From positions 182,967 through 246,966 of the forward strand of contig JBBQBA010000002.1 of the NCBI GenBank assembly GCA_038317055.1: 64,000 bases of DNA. Direction: 5' to 3'. Position numbers and translations under genes: made by a program. Of the stretch, positions 51,478 to 61,875 are shown one piece after another (position 1 is the first letter of the stretch; every line of letters starts with the position of its first letter). The notes beneath the pieces are model-generated. The model searched no databases and was not told the DNA's origin. It was given only the letters and a program-made list of their open reading frames with translations. Source of the DNA: Candidatus Saccharimonadales bacterium (GTDB lineage Bacteria > Patescibacteriota > Saccharimonadia > Saccharimonadales > DATKHC01).

Positions 51478-51891
51478 TTATTCTTTAACTTTTTGTATAG
51501 ACGTACAGAACTTACAGCGCTTAGCTTTAGTAGGAATCATACTTAAACATTCACTGCATTCTTTTTCGCCTGGTTCTTTTTCGGCTTTTCGACGATTAGC
51601 AGCAGTTTGCAATCGATTTAAGGGCTGGACAACAAAGAAGAACACAACAGCGGCGATTGATATAAAGGCAATTAATGCATTTAGAAAATTACCATAATAA
51701 AAAACACTATTATTAATCGTAAAACTAAGATTAGAAAAATCTGGTTTGCCTACAATAGCAGCTATAAGTGGAGTAAATATATCTTTAACCAGCGAGGTTA
51801 CTACCGCACCAAATGCAGCACCAACAACTACGGCTACCGCTAGATCTACTACCTTGCCACGAAGAATAAACTTTTTAAAATCCTTCAACAT
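51478..51891 (-). CDS. mscL: Large-conductance mechanosensitive channel MscL with C-terminal CxxC...CxxC extension
   Basis: MLKDFKKFILRGKVVDLAVAVVVGAAFGAVV matches the MscL N-terminal/TM1 signature. The C-terminal tail is KECSECLSMIPTKAKRCKFCTS. Confidence 0.75.
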   Translation of the reverse strand: MLKDFKKFILRGKVVDLAVAVVVGAAFGAVVTSLVKDIFTPLIAAIVGKPDFSNLSFTINNSVFYYGNFLNALIAFISIAAVVFFFVVQPLNRLQTAANRRKAEKEPGEKECSECLSMIPTKAKRCKFCTSIQKVKE

Positions 51892-52166
51892 TTGTTAACT
51901 CCTAAATTTATATTTATATAATAGAACTTTTAGGGTAACTAATAAAACCATAAGTTGATATTTAGCTGAAGATTAATTATAAGCCATGTTGAAAATTTAT
52001 CTAATTTTGGTTATAATAACAGAGTAAAACTAAATAATTACTAAATTAATAAATAGTATATTTTGCAGCATTTATATTAAATAAATGATCAAAACATAAA
52101 ATTTATAAAATCAATGTCCTCACAAAATCTAAAAATGATTTATTTTTAAAACGAGAGGAATTAAAT

Positions 52167-52649
52167 ATGAGATACATGTATCCTGAAAAAGGATTACCAG
52201 AAGAACTCGCTTTATCTTATAAAATGGCCGAAGAATTTGATAGCGTTTTTGAAAAGGGAATTGAAGCTGATGTTATTGATTCACCAACAATTAGTGGCGT
52301 TACTCAGCAACTATTAATCTTGGGCATTTCTGGATCTGAGCTTGTACCAAATGGCTATTCGACATATATCGAAAGAGAAATAGTAACTACAGAAGATGAA
52401 GATTCTGTTTTTCCTGAAGGTAGCTTACTTTCCTCTAATCATAAACTAGTTATATTGGACCCAACTAGATCAGCTGAAGGTACTATTACTTATTATGCGA
52501 GTGGTGTAGACATAATGCGTCAGTCATTTATCAACAATGATGTTAATCAATTAGCCACTATGGCTTTGACGCAAAAACAGGGTAGAGAACTAATTGATTT
52601 AATAAATTCTGGCACCAGTCTAGCAGTACCTGATATCAGCATAAATTAG
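52167..52649 (+). CDS. Hypothetical acidic protein
   Basis: 160-aa ORF with no motif. Confidence 0.4.
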   Translation: MRYMYPEKGLPEELALSYKMAEEFDSVFEKGIEADVIDSPTISGVTQQLLILGISGSELVPNGYSTYIEREIVTTEDEDSVFPEGSLLSSNHKLVILDPTRSAEGTITYYASGVDIMRQSFINNDVNQLATMALTQKQGRELIDLINSGTSLAVPDISIN

Positions 52650-52657
52650 GCTGAATC

Positions 52658-53299
52658 TTATTTAATTAAATTTGTTTCTGCCAGTTTTATTAAAAGATCT
52701 TCTAGTTTTTCGATTTTAAATGAAGAATCGGGATTATGTACTTTTGAATTAAAGCGTCCAATTTGAAAACTAAAGTTCGGCAGTTCTTTTATAGGAATTG
52801 CGCCAGTTCCACTAGCAAGACTACTTCCAATTCCAAAAACCGGAGAATTTCTTCTAATACGTAAACTTAAATCGCTACAAAGATAAACCGGAGTAGCATT
52901 TAAATAGCTAATAAATAAGGTATTTTTAGGTGCAAGCACACCAATTTGATAACCGCTACCGCTCCACAGTCTTCGCCAAATTAATCTACTACTTAATCTG
53001 TAAGTAATTCCATTTCTAAATACGTCATGATTCATATCAAATTTAGATAGTGGCATTAGTGACATTTTTGTAAACAAACCTAATTTCATAGATCCAGCAA
53101 ATTTGTGTTTGCCCATAAGATTTATAAATTCTCTAGCAATAACAACCTGTTTTGGTGACAATAGCGTATTTAAGCTTGATCCCTTGTGGCTAACACTAGT
53201 TTTCCTTAGATAATTAGTTAGTCTTATCTTAATTGTTCTATCAGTATTAACAGACTTACGTTTGGCGTTAATGTGGGCTTCAATTGTGTTCGTCTTCAT
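52658..53299 (-). CDS. Hypothetical highly basic protein
   Basis: 213 aa, rich in R and K, no TM and no motif. No competing ORF lies on the plus strand. Confidence 0.35.
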   Translation of the reverse strand: MKTNTIEAHINAKRKSVNTDRTIKIRLTNYLRKTSVSHKGSSLNTLLSPKQVVIAREFINLMGKHKFAGSMKLGLFTKMSLMPLSKFDMNHDVFRNGITYRLSSRLIWRRLWSGSGYQIGVLAPKNTLFISYLNATPVYLCSDLSLRIRRNSPVFGIGSSLASGTGAIPIKELPNFSFQIGRFNSKVHNPDSSFKIEKLEDLLIKLAETNLIK

Positions 53300-53363
53300 A
53301 GTGTCTCTCTCAAGTAAGAGACACTATATCACTACGCTTGTCAAAAATTAATTGGTTAAGCTT

Positions 53364-54080
53364 TTAGAAGTATCTTCGGAAGTATTGTCTTTGAGCTAAA
53401 CCAGGTGTTCTGATAGCTGCCAGTCTTGGTTCAGGAAGTAGATCCTTTTGCGACAAGGCTAGGTTAGCTAAGTTGTTATTCACGTTGGTGGAGCTTGGAA
53501 CTAGATTAGGCTGTGGATTCTCATTTGTGTAGTAAGTATTAACTGGATTAAGCGGTACTTGATGAGGATCTACGGGTTGAGTGCCTGTTAGCTGTTGTTG
53601 AGGTACATAAATTGGTATGTATTGCGGTTGCAGGTTTTCTTGTTTAGGTTCGACTCCAGTCTTACCGTCTTCCACTGATGGTTCATCTTTTACTGCTTTC
53701 AACTTCATTGCTTTTTGGGCGTAGCTTAGAATTCCTCTTATTTGATCATGATTCCATGAACTGAAGTCCAGACACTTGTTTGAGGTAAAGATATGGAGAG
53801 TTGAGTTAAATAATCGGTAGTTAAAAGATAGTTCCTGAATCATTGAATAAGCGACTGAATCAAGTGTTAAAAACATTGGTTTATGATCTATTAGAAGTAA
53901 ACGGTGATCAGTTGCGACCAACAAACCGAACCCACCTTCATAATAACCATTTGTTGCTTTTAGAATAACTTCGTCGTCATGAAGTACATTACAAAGTTCT
54001 TTTACTTCAGCTCTTTGCCAAAATTTGTTTCTGTATCCAACTTTTGTTAGTTGTTTTAGTACGTCTGATAGTTCTACCAT
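53364..54080 (-). CDS. Bacterial PH-domain (GRAM/bPH-like) protein with Q/P/N-rich C-terminal tail
   Basis: NGYYEGGFGLLVATDHRLLLIDHKPMFLTLDSVAYSMIQELSFN and LHIFTSNKCLDFS fit a bacterial PH-domain beta-sandwich pattern. The C-terminus is low-complexity. Confidence 0.5.
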   Translation of the reverse strand: MVELSDVLKQLTKVGYRNKFWQRAEVKELCNVLHDDEVILKATNGYYEGGFGLLVATDHRLLLIDHKPMFLTLDSVAYSMIQELSFNYRLFNSTLHIFTSNKCLDFSSWNHDQIRGILSYAQKAMKLKAVKDEPSVEDGKTGVEPKQENLQPQYIPIYVPQQQLTGTQPVDPHQVPLNPVNTYYTNENPQPNLVPSSTNVNNNLANLALSQKDLLPEPRLAAIRTPGLAQRQYFRRYF

Positions 54081-54224
54081 TTTTTTCCTCCCCTTACATA
54101 TATAAGTCTATTCCTAATACCTGCATAAATCCGTTAGTTTAATCACGGAATTCGCGTACTAAAAATCACGGTACTTCTGTGTCCTAAATCACATTGCTCT
54201 TAGAGAGAATTCTTATGCTTTTTT

Positions 54225-54653
54225 ATGGTGAATTATTGCTATATAGTCGTTGTTATGGAGTTTGAACAAGTTGACGGAAAATTAAAACTGATAGCTAGCA
54301 ATCAGAGAACTGAGGGAGGATACTCAGAACATATGGTTCTAATGGATGCGACCGCTAAAACTCTTGCTCGTTGGGCTTTTAGTAAAACTTTTGGCGAGCC
54401 AACTTGGCTTCAAGTCAGCACAATGGCTGAATATTTAAAAGTCAATGAACTAGAAAGAAGCAAAGATTCACTTGCGCCAGTTGTAGATAATCATGAGCTA
54501 TTAGCATTCAAAATTGCATTAATTGGCGCAACCCTATCTACTAATGAGGATTATTCCGGCCTTGCTAAAAGTATGTTGAATCAAATAGATGTCGAATGTA
54601 CGGTTTTACTTGAAGCATCACAAATACCTGACAGCCCACGATATTGGGGTTAA
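54225..54653 (+). CDS. Hypothetical protein (start possibly at the internal Met near 54258)
   Basis: 142-aa ORF with no motif. Confidence 0.4.
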   Translation: MVNYCYIVVVMEFEQVDGKLKLIASNQRTEGGYSEHMVLMDATAKTLARWAFSKTFGEPTWLQVSTMAEYLKVNELERSKDSLAPVVDNHELLAFKIALIGATLSTNEDYSGLAKSMLNQIDVECTVLLEASQIPDSPRYWG

Positions 54654-54707
54654 GCATATGGTTTATCAGATATAGGCAATCATTTAGATATGTGACATAA
54701 TTAATAT

Positions 54708-55361
54708 ATGTTGGCCACAAACGACCAATTAAACGCTTTACTTGGGGTGTTTAAGACAGGTGACAAGTTAACTTATAAAAAAGGTGAATTTATAATCCGC
54801 CCCGGACAAAAACCCGCGGGTGTTTTTTATATCCAATCGGGACTTGTTAAAGCCTATGACATAAGTAAGTACGGCGAAGAGAACTTACTGGTTATACGTA
54901 AGGAAAAAGAGATTTTTCCGTTAATTTGGGCAGTAACTGGTCAAGAACGACACATTATTTATGAGGCTCTATCTCCAACCGTCCTCCTTCATGTTTCTAG
55001 AAGTAAATTCTATGACACCTTAAAAGAAAATCCTGAAACCATGACACCAATTCTTGATATGGTTGTAGAAATGTATCGAATTCACAGTGAACGCATTCTA
55101 AACTTAGAATATAGAAGTGTTAGAGAGAGATTAATCTCGTTCTTACTAACTATGTCACTAAGATTTGGCAAAAAAACTAAAAATGATAACGAATTAATTA
55201 TAGATGTACCGCTTAGGCATATTGATATCGCAAGCTCAATTAATGCTACAAGAGAAACTACTAGTAGAGAGATGACCTATCTCGAACATCATAATTTAGT
55301 ATCAACAAAACAATCGATCATTACTCTACTTGATATTGATAAACTCAATTCTTACCTGTAA
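54708..55361 (+). CDS. Crp/Fnr family transcriptional regulator
   Basis: cNMP-binding beta-roll GEFIIRPGQKPAGVFYIQSGLVKAY. C-terminal HTH IASSINATRETTSREMTYLEHHNLV. Confidence 0.7.
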   Translation: MLATNDQLNALLGVFKTGDKLTYKKGEFIIRPGQKPAGVFYIQSGLVKAYDISKYGEENLLVIRKEKEIFPLIWAVTGQERHIIYEALSPTVLLHVSRSKFYDTLKENPETMTPILDMVVEMYRIHSERILNLEYRSVRERLISFLLTMSLRFGKKTKNDNELIIDVPLRHIDIASSINATRETTSREMTYLEHHNLVSTKQSIITLLDIDKLNSYL

Positions 55362-55392
55362 ATAAAGCTCAAATTCTTGCTTTTAGTTTGTA

Positions 55393-55899
55393 TTGTTATA
55401 TAATATATACATGATACCAGATGCGGAATTTTTTCCCCAAGCAACACCTGAAATAGAAAGCCATTTACCGGAGGATATAAACCGGATTGAAGCAATGCAA
55501 TTGGGTATGATATCTAAACGTGGAAGACAAATGAATTATGATCATACCTTTGCTACCATCGATAATTCACTTGTTTATAGTGTAATTTCTAATCCTGTTG
55601 GCGACTCACTCAAAGTCCATCTTAGGCAACTTACTGAAGATGCCCTACCAGTAGATACATGGGTTACTATCTTGTGGTCCGATGAGTATAGAAGCTCAAT
55701 AAGTCACGTAAAAGCAACAAGATCGACTCAAGTTGGTAGTCCTTCAGTATATAGAAATAGTTCTTATGATGTTGCGCGAGATCGTCATAAATTCTTACTT
55801 GCAAGACCCAGTAATAGTCTTAGTCTTAGGGAAGTCTCGAAAACTATAAAAACCGTTCACGGGCTTCTAGTTAAAACACAACCTAGAATTCAACGCTAA
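55393..55899 (+). CDS. Hypothetical protein
   Basis: 168-aa ORF with no motif. Confidence 0.4.
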   Translation: MLYNIYMIPDAEFFPQATPEIESHLPEDINRIEAMQLGMISKRGRQMNYDHTFATIDNSLVYSVISNPVGDSLKVHLRQLTEDALPVDTWVTILWSDEYRSSISHVKATRSTQVGSPSVYRNSSYDVARDRHKFLLARPSNSLSLREVSKTIKTVHGLLVKTQPRIQR

Positions 55900-55989
55900 A
55901 TATAGTCTTAGCTATTGCAAGTATTACAGAGGTAGATTAAGATAAATATAGTCATAAGCTAAATAAATTTAAGCTAGTGGTGGGAACGT

Positions 55990-58488
55990 GTGAACAAAGA
56001 CCATTTAAAAAAACTAAACTCGACTGAGCTTATAAATCATCTCGGTAGTTCACTTGATGGGCTAACCGCTAGCGAAGCAGACTCCAGAGTTCATAAATAC
56101 GGTCCAAATATATTTAAAGATACTTCGAAGCGCAGTACTTTTTCGCTAATCTTAAAACAATTTAAAAGCTCACTTATATATCTGCTAATTGTTGCTACAG
56201 TTCTGGCATTTATCTTGGGTGACGATAGTGATGCAATTATATTGCTTGTAATTCTACTTATTAATACTGGGCTTGGTTTTTATCAGGAATATAAGTCAGA
56301 GAATGCAGTTGAAAAACTGCAAAAACTTGTTAGCAGAGAAATTCTAGTCAAACGTGATGGCAAAGACACGCTTATTTCAGAGTCACATATTACTATTGGC
56401 GATTTAATAATTCTACGTCAAGGCGATATTGTACCGGCCGATATAAGACTAACGGGTGTTTCGAATGTATCGGTTGATGAGTCTGAACTTACTGGTGAGT
56501 CGATGGCGGTAGCTAAAACGGTGCAGGGCAAAGATTCACTAGTTTTTGCTGGCAGCACCATTGAACAGGGTGAAGCCGAAGGTTATGTCTATGCTATTGC
56601 GAACCAAACAGAACTAGGTAAAATCGCCCACCTATCAAACGACACTAAAAAGACCACTAAGTACGAACAACAACTTAATTCATTTAGTTCTTTTCTAATT
56701 AGAGTTACATTTTTAACACTACTTCTTGTTTTCATAATCAAGGTACTAGTTAACAAAGACCACAATTCAATTATTGATCTTGGGCTTTTTATAGTAGCCC
56801 TATCAATTACTGTCGTACCTGAGGCAATGCCAGTAATCGCAACGCTTACTCTATCAAAAGGAGCTATGCGACTAGCAAAACAACACGTAATTGTTAAAAC
56901 CCTAACGGCAGCTGAGGATCTTGGTAATATTAATATCCTTTGTAGTGATAAAACTGGAACACTAACTCAAAATAAACAAACAGTGACCCACGTTACCGCT
57001 GATAACTTAGAGTTGTTTCAATTACTGGCGATAGCCAGCCTAGAAACTCTTGATGAGAAACGGAAGAAATTTCAAAGTTCATTTGATAGAGCTTTCATAG
57101 ATTATGTACCCGAAAAGCTTCAACGAGAAGCTGAGAATTATAAAAGACTGGCTGAGCTACCTTTTGATCCGAAGTCTAGACGTAGACGGGTAATATTTTC
57201 TGATGCCCACAAAACTTATCTTGTAGAAGTTGGATCAGTTGAAACGCTACTATCTGTTTCGCATGAACATAAACACAAGGAAAAGTATTTAGAACTAATT
57301 AAAAAAGACGGTCGAGAAGGGTTACGCCATCTTGGTATTGCCTATAAGATAATCAAGTACGACAAAAACTATAATATTTTAAAACATGAAGATAAATTAA
57401 AGTTTGTTGGTTACGCTGCTTTAGACGATCCACTTAGACCAACTACTAAACATACTATTGAGCTTGCTAGAGAACTTGGTCTGACAATTAAAATCCTCTC
57501 AGGCGATAGTCGGGAAGTAACTCATTATGTAGCCAGTGAAGTTGGACTAATATCCAAAGCCCAGCTAGCATATACTGGCGATGAATTAGATAAGCTAGAT
57601 ACAGCACAGTTTAATGACACTGTTAAAAATAATGATGTATTTGCCAGACTTGACCCCGAACAGAAGTATAAAATTATTGAAGCATTAAAAAAGCAAGGTA
57701 ATACGGTTGGCTACCAAGGTGACGGCATTAACGATGCACCAGCCTTAAAGCTAGCTGACGTTGCTATTGCTGTTAACAATGCGACTGATGTAGCTCAGGA
57801 AAGTGCGGACATACTTCTGCTTCGCAATGATCTAGGGGTAATAGTAAACGGAGTAAAATACGGCAGAACTATATTCTCTAATATTAATAAGTATATTCGC
57901 TATTCAATGATAGGAAACTTTGGAAACTTTTTTGCCTTGTCGGCACTATACCTTCTTTCAAATGCATCATTACCACTACTACCTATTCAGTTAATCCTAA
58001 CTAGTTTACTTACGGACATTCCTCTTATTACCATTGCTACAGATAATGTAGAAACGTCCGAGCTGCAGAGACCCAGTAAATACAATACACACGCGCTCAT
58101 GTTTATATCTATTTTCCTAGGAACCTTTACGGCACTATTTGAGATTCTATTCTTTACGTTAATTAAAACTCAACCTACAGGAGTCGAGCAAACAGCGTTG
58201 TTCCTTTTCCTTAACTTATCTGGACTTATAGTAATTCTCTCAGTAAGAAACAAAGACCATTTTTGGCGTGCTCCTAAGTTCTCAAGTGAGTTGAAAGTGG
58301 CACTGATAGCACTAGGGGTTATATCAATAGGAATGATCTATATTGGAATAACTAGAGAACTATTTAAGTTAACTGCACTACCTCTCAGTGTGATAGGTCT
58401 TACGATAGCCTCGACGCTTCTCTATTTGCTTGTGCTGGATATTGTTAAGGTTTGGTTCTATCAATCTAAGGTTGGCAGTAACTACTAA
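55990..58488 (+). CDS. Cation-transporting P-type ATPase (P2/P3-like)
   Basis: Phosphorylation site CSDKTGTLT, hinge GDGINDAPAL, the TGES-like segment LTGESMAV and 8-10 TM helices. GTG start. Confidence 0.85.
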   Translation: MNKDHLKKLNSTELINHLGSSLDGLTASEADSRVHKYGPNIFKDTSKRSTFSLILKQFKSSLIYLLIVATVLAFILGDDSDAIILLVILLINTGLGFYQEYKSENAVEKLQKLVSREILVKRDGKDTLISESHITIGDLIILRQGDIVPADIRLTGVSNVSVDESELTGESMAVAKTVQGKDSLVFAGSTIEQGEAEGYVYAIANQTELGKIAHLSNDTKKTTKYEQQLNSFSSFLIRVTFLTLLLVFIIKVLVNKDHNSIIDLGLFIVALSITVVPEAMPVIATLTLSKGAMRLAKQHVIVKTLTAAEDLGNINILCSDKTGTLTQNKQTVTHVTADNLELFQLLAIASLETLDEKRKKFQSSFDRAFIDYVPEKLQREAENYKRLAELPFDPKSRRRRVIFSDAHKTYLVEVGSVETLLSVSHEHKHKEKYLELIKKDGREGLRHLGIAYKIIKYDKNYNILKHEDKLKFVGYAALDDPLRPTTKHTIELARELGLTIKILSGDSREVTHYVASEVGLISKAQLAYTGDELDKLDTAQFNDTVKNNDVFARLDPEQKYKIIEALKKQGNTVGYQGDGINDAPALKLADVAIAVNNATDVAQESADILLLRNDLGVIVNGVKYGRTIFSNINKYIRYSMIGNFGNFFALSALYLLSNASLPLLPIQLILTSLLTDIPLITIATDNVETSELQRPSKYNTHALMFISIFLGTFTALFEILFFTLIKTQPTGVEQTALFLFLNLSGLIVILSVRNKDHFWRAPKFSSELKVALIALGVISIGMIYIGITRELFKLTALPLSVIGLTIASTLLYLLVLDIVKVWFYQSKVGSNY

Positions 58489-58559
58489 ACCCATTTAATG
58501 CTTTATATTTGATTAAAAGTATGTAATAGTATATACCTTAGTATTTTAAGGAGTTACTT

Positions 58560-59195
58560 GTGTCAGAAAACGTTAGATATTTAGGTATTGGGCGTCAAGT
58601 CGAAGAAGACTGGATGCTTGATTTTGAAGATTGTTTTAAAGCGAATATTGGTAATAGAGATGCAAATTTAAAACTGGTAACTCGACCTGGCGTAATTTAT
58701 GCAGATTTCAGAGGTATAGCGGCAAATCTAAGCTCAGATAATCCAATACTTCCTGTATGTAATTCATCAGAAGAAATAGTCGATAAATTAATTGAAACCG
58801 AAGTATTAGATCAGACAATAGCCCGAAGAGGAATAACTAACGCTTTCATTAAAGGTATAGAACTAAGTTCGAGACCCATAAATCTCCAAGGTGGTAGTTT
58901 ACGATTTCCTATAATTGCCAGTGTATACGATGTTAATAATTTAAGCAGTCAAGATAGGTATCAAATTTTACATGAAAAACAGGTAGTTAGAAATTCGTTA
59001 GGCATAAAAGGTGAACTGCCTAATAGTGATAGAATTCCTAGACATAAAATAAAAATAGGTTCATTAGCTTGTGTAGGGGATTTTTTAGGTGAAGGATTCT
59101 TCAAAGCTATTCGAATTGACATGGATAGTACCATAGACTTAACTCCAATCAGTCAAATTGATGACAGATTTAGAAAATCTACTACAAAGCACTAG
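58560..59195 (+). CDS. Hypothetical protein
   Basis: 211 aa with a GTG start and no motif. Confidence 0.4.
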   Translation: MSENVRYLGIGRQVEEDWMLDFEDCFKANIGNRDANLKLVTRPGVIYADFRGIAANLSSDNPILPVCNSSEEIVDKLIETEVLDQTIARRGITNAFIKGIELSSRPINLQGGSLRFPIIASVYDVNNLSSQDRYQILHEKQVVRNSLGIKGELPNSDRIPRHKIKIGSLACVGDFLGEGFFKAIRIDMDSTIDLTPISQIDDRFRKSTTKH

Positions 59196-59254
59196 CTTAA
59201 CTATATATTTGACCCCTGTTAAATAATATAGTATCGTATAGTAATTATATAAGG

Positions 59255-59479
59255 GTGTTTATGTTTCTTCAGCTACCGTTTCGATTTGCCGCTAATCTTC
59301 AAAATACAGTTCTAATAATTAACACAGTAATTATTTTAGCCCTCTTAATTACGGTTGAAATAGTCTTCTCAGAAAAACCAAAAAGCGAACGAAAAGAGCT
59401 AAAGTATTTATTGCCGGTAGTTGTAGTTATTGGCGGAATTTTAATATATGCTGCGATTAAACAAGTAGGTAAGGGTTAG
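59255..59479 (+). CDS. Hypothetical small membrane protein
   Basis: 74 aa with two TM helices, immediately upstream of the CPBP gene. Confidence 0.35.
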   Translation: MFMFLQLPFRFAANLQNTVLIINTVIILALLITVEIVFSEKPKSERKELKYLLPVVVVIGGILIYAAIKQVGKG

Positions 59480-59482
59480 AAT

Positions 59483-60334
59483 ATGACCGATAGTCCTACT
59501 TCAACTCATGAGTCTGATATTGAGAAGCCTGCCAATGTTACCTCAAAAGCTTTAATGGTTATCAATAAAAGTCGTGGAAAAATATATAGCCCGTACTTAA
59601 AACAGTTTTGGGTGTTCAGCTACATCCTGTTTTTTGTGGCTCTTTCACAACTTACACTTCGTTATGACGTTAAGGTTGGTGTCTATATGAACGGTTTAGC
59701 GATAATAGCTCTGCTTGGCTTAGCTATTTTCTATACTCGTGCCAGGAAGTTATCTTTGTCGGCTAATATCCTTCCAGTAGCTACACTTCTTAGTTTAGTA
59801 CTACCTAGGTTATCTAACTTCAGTCGAACTGTGATTTTTTACGACACTATTCTAGTCCTTGCGTTAGTTTATAGATATTTATTTATTTTTGAAGATCCAA
59901 AAGATCAACATAGAACTAAGTTTAGAAATTATGCGATCCTAATTCCTCTCATGATAATAGGTGGGCAGATACTTGGAGTCATAGGTTACGGCATGCTTCG
60001 ACATGATTATCCGTTTTACGGTACGTCGATTGCCATTGTTGCTTTTACTTCCGTTATATTTGTGTTTACTGAAGAGGTCTTCTTTAGGGGTCTCGTTCAA
60101 CTAAAGGGTAATCAAATTCTACATCCAGTTATGTCTGCTATCATGGCAATTTTAGTATTTGTTCTGGCTACTATTACGCACACGATTTCAATAGCCCCCA
60201 TATTTGCTTTAATTTTAGGGACCTCTCTATCACTTACTTATTATTTCAAACAAAACTTAGTTCTAACCGGTACATTAAACCTATCAACCAAGCTAACTTA
60301 TATTGCATTAATGGTAGCCTTTGTAATACATTAG
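59483..60334 (+). CDS. CPBP family intramembrane glutamic endopeptidase (CAAX protease-like)
   Basis: Motif 1 TEEVFFRGLVQ (EExxxR). Polytopic. Downstream His motifs. Confidence 0.65.
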   Translation: MTDSPTSTHESDIEKPANVTSKALMVINKSRGKIYSPYLKQFWVFSYILFFVALSQLTLRYDVKVGVYMNGLAIIALLGLAIFYTRARKLSLSANILPVATLLSLVLPRLSNFSRTVIFYDTILVLALVYRYLFIFEDPKDQHRTKFRNYAILIPLMIIGGQILGVIGYGMLRHDYPFYGTSIAIVAFTSVIFVFTEEVFFRGLVQLKGNQILHPVMSAIMAILVFVLATITHTISIAPIFALILGTSLSLTYYFKQNLVLTGTLNLSTKLTYIALMVAFVIH

Positions 60335-60494
60335 CGGTTATAATTTTTTATTATTGATTGTGAAAGGGAAGTGAAAATATTACTCCTGTGGATAACTTTC
60401 ATAAAGCTTTCACATTTTTATTGACCTATCTCATAATATGGGTCATTATGAGGTTTACTAGTAAACTATATATCACACTAGATAAGGAGAATAG

Positions 60495-60929
60495 ATGAAA
60501 AAATTTATCGTCAGTATCACAGGTTTACTTGCAGGACTAATACTACTACCAATGTCCGTATCTGCTGCACCTGCAACAACGAGTATATCTGGTGCAATAA
60601 CTAATAATGGATCACCTGTATTTCATGCAAAAGTTACTGTAACTTGTAACGGACATGTTAAGCATGTTTCTTCAAATAATGTTGGTGGATATTTAGCTAA
60701 CTTCAAAGCAGCTAATTGTCCAAACGGTTCACACGTAATAGTATCTGCAACTAAAAAAGGTACAGGTGGATCAAGTAGTGGTACAGTCGCTGCGCTAACT
60801 AGTAAGCTGAATGTTTCCGTGATCAATGTGTCTGTACCTGAACTCGGAACAGTCGTAGGAATAAGTGCAGCGGTCTTAGGGGCTGGATCTTTCTTGATAA
60901 TCCGACGACGTCAACTCGGTGCTCACTAA
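60495..60929 (+). CDS. Small secreted protein with PEP-CTERM-like (VPELG-TM-RRRQ) C-terminal sorting signal
   Basis: RBS AAGGAG. Signal peptide MKKFIVSITGLLAGLILLPMSVSA. A transthyretin/CarboxypepD_reg-like beta domain (ITNNGSPVFHAKVTVTCNGH). C-terminus VPELGTVVGISAAVLGAGSFLIIRRRQLGAH. Confidence 0.55.
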   Translation: MKKFIVSITGLLAGLILLPMSVSAAPATTSISGAITNNGSPVFHAKVTVTCNGHVKHVSSNNVGGYLANFKAANCPNGSHVIVSATKKGTGGSSSGTVAALTSKLNVSVINVSVPELGTVVGISAAVLGAGSFLIIRRRQLGAH

Positions 60930-61875
60930 AAAGAAAATATATAAAAATAAAAAGCTAGAAGCTGCTGCACCACTACTATTACGTACAGCAGCTTTTCTAG
61001 TATTGTTTATTTTGTTATCAGGAATCATCGGACCGAGAATAATTAGTCATGGACTCGTAAATAAATATGGCTTCCAAATATACGGTGGTGGAGGAAAGTC
61101 TTTATTATTTGGAGTAATAGTTCTACTTATATTGGTATATAGAAAAGGCTTAGATATAAAATTTAGAGCATGGGAAAAATTAAATATAGGCTGGTTAATT
61201 ATCGCTGTTATATCAGCACTAGGAGCTTGGAACTGTATTGGTATACTTATCGCTGGTAAGGGCGCAATAGGTACTCAGATACTAACTAATTTATATATCA
61301 TTGCAAGTATAGCTTTTATAGCCATTGGTACTTTTGGATTAGATAATATTAAATTATTTTACAAAAAATACAGCAAAGAACTGATAATGTCTTTCCTATT
61401 ATGCATTGCTTTTTATGGATTTATATACATTGTATATAAGTTATGGGGAATTCTGGCACTTATAGTATTACATTCTGTTAAGTGGCTATTAAATGAAACA
61501 GATATTAGCGCAAGCATTGTACCACCTAGGACATTAGTATTAAGTAAATTTGGGATTGAAGTAGCAAAGTATTGCTCTGGTATAGAATCCATAGCTCTTT
61601 TCAGCGGACTATATGCAATTTTCGCAATACTGGACTGGAACAAATTCAATCATAGAAAACTAGCTTACACATTCCCAATCGCCGTTGTTATACTTTTTGG
61701 ACTAAATATTATTAGGATATTTGTACTTATTATTGGTGGTTATTATATTAATCCGCAAATTGCGTTTAGTTTATTTCACACATATGCTGGTATGGTATTC
61801 TTTATTATATATTCTGGACTTTTCTGGGGGATATGTTACAAATGGTTACTGGTGAGAAAAAATCAAATTTCATGA
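60919..61875 (+). CDS. Exosortase/archaeosortase family membrane protein (XrtG-like)
   Basis: 318 aa with about 8 TM helices. A Cys motif KYCSGIESIA (candidate catalytic Cys) is followed 47 aa later by GLNIIRIFV (conserved N..R). GTG start overlapping the upstream gene by 11 nt. Confidence 0.5.
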   Translation: MLTKKKIYKNKKLEAAAPLLLRTAAFLVLFILLSGIIGPRIISHGLVNKYGFQIYGGGGKSLLFGVIVLLILVYRKGLDIKFRAWEKLNIGWLIIAVISALGAWNCIGILIAGKGAIGTQILTNLYIIASIAFIAIGTFGLDNIKLFYKKYSKELIMSFLLCIAFYGFIYIVYKLWGILALIVLHSVKWLLNETDISASIVPPRTLVLSKFGIEVAKYCSGIESIALFSGLYAIFAILDWNKFNHRKLAYTFPIAVVILFGLNIIRIFVLIIGGYYINPQIAFSLFHTYAGMVFFIIYSGLFWGICYKWLLVRKNQIS

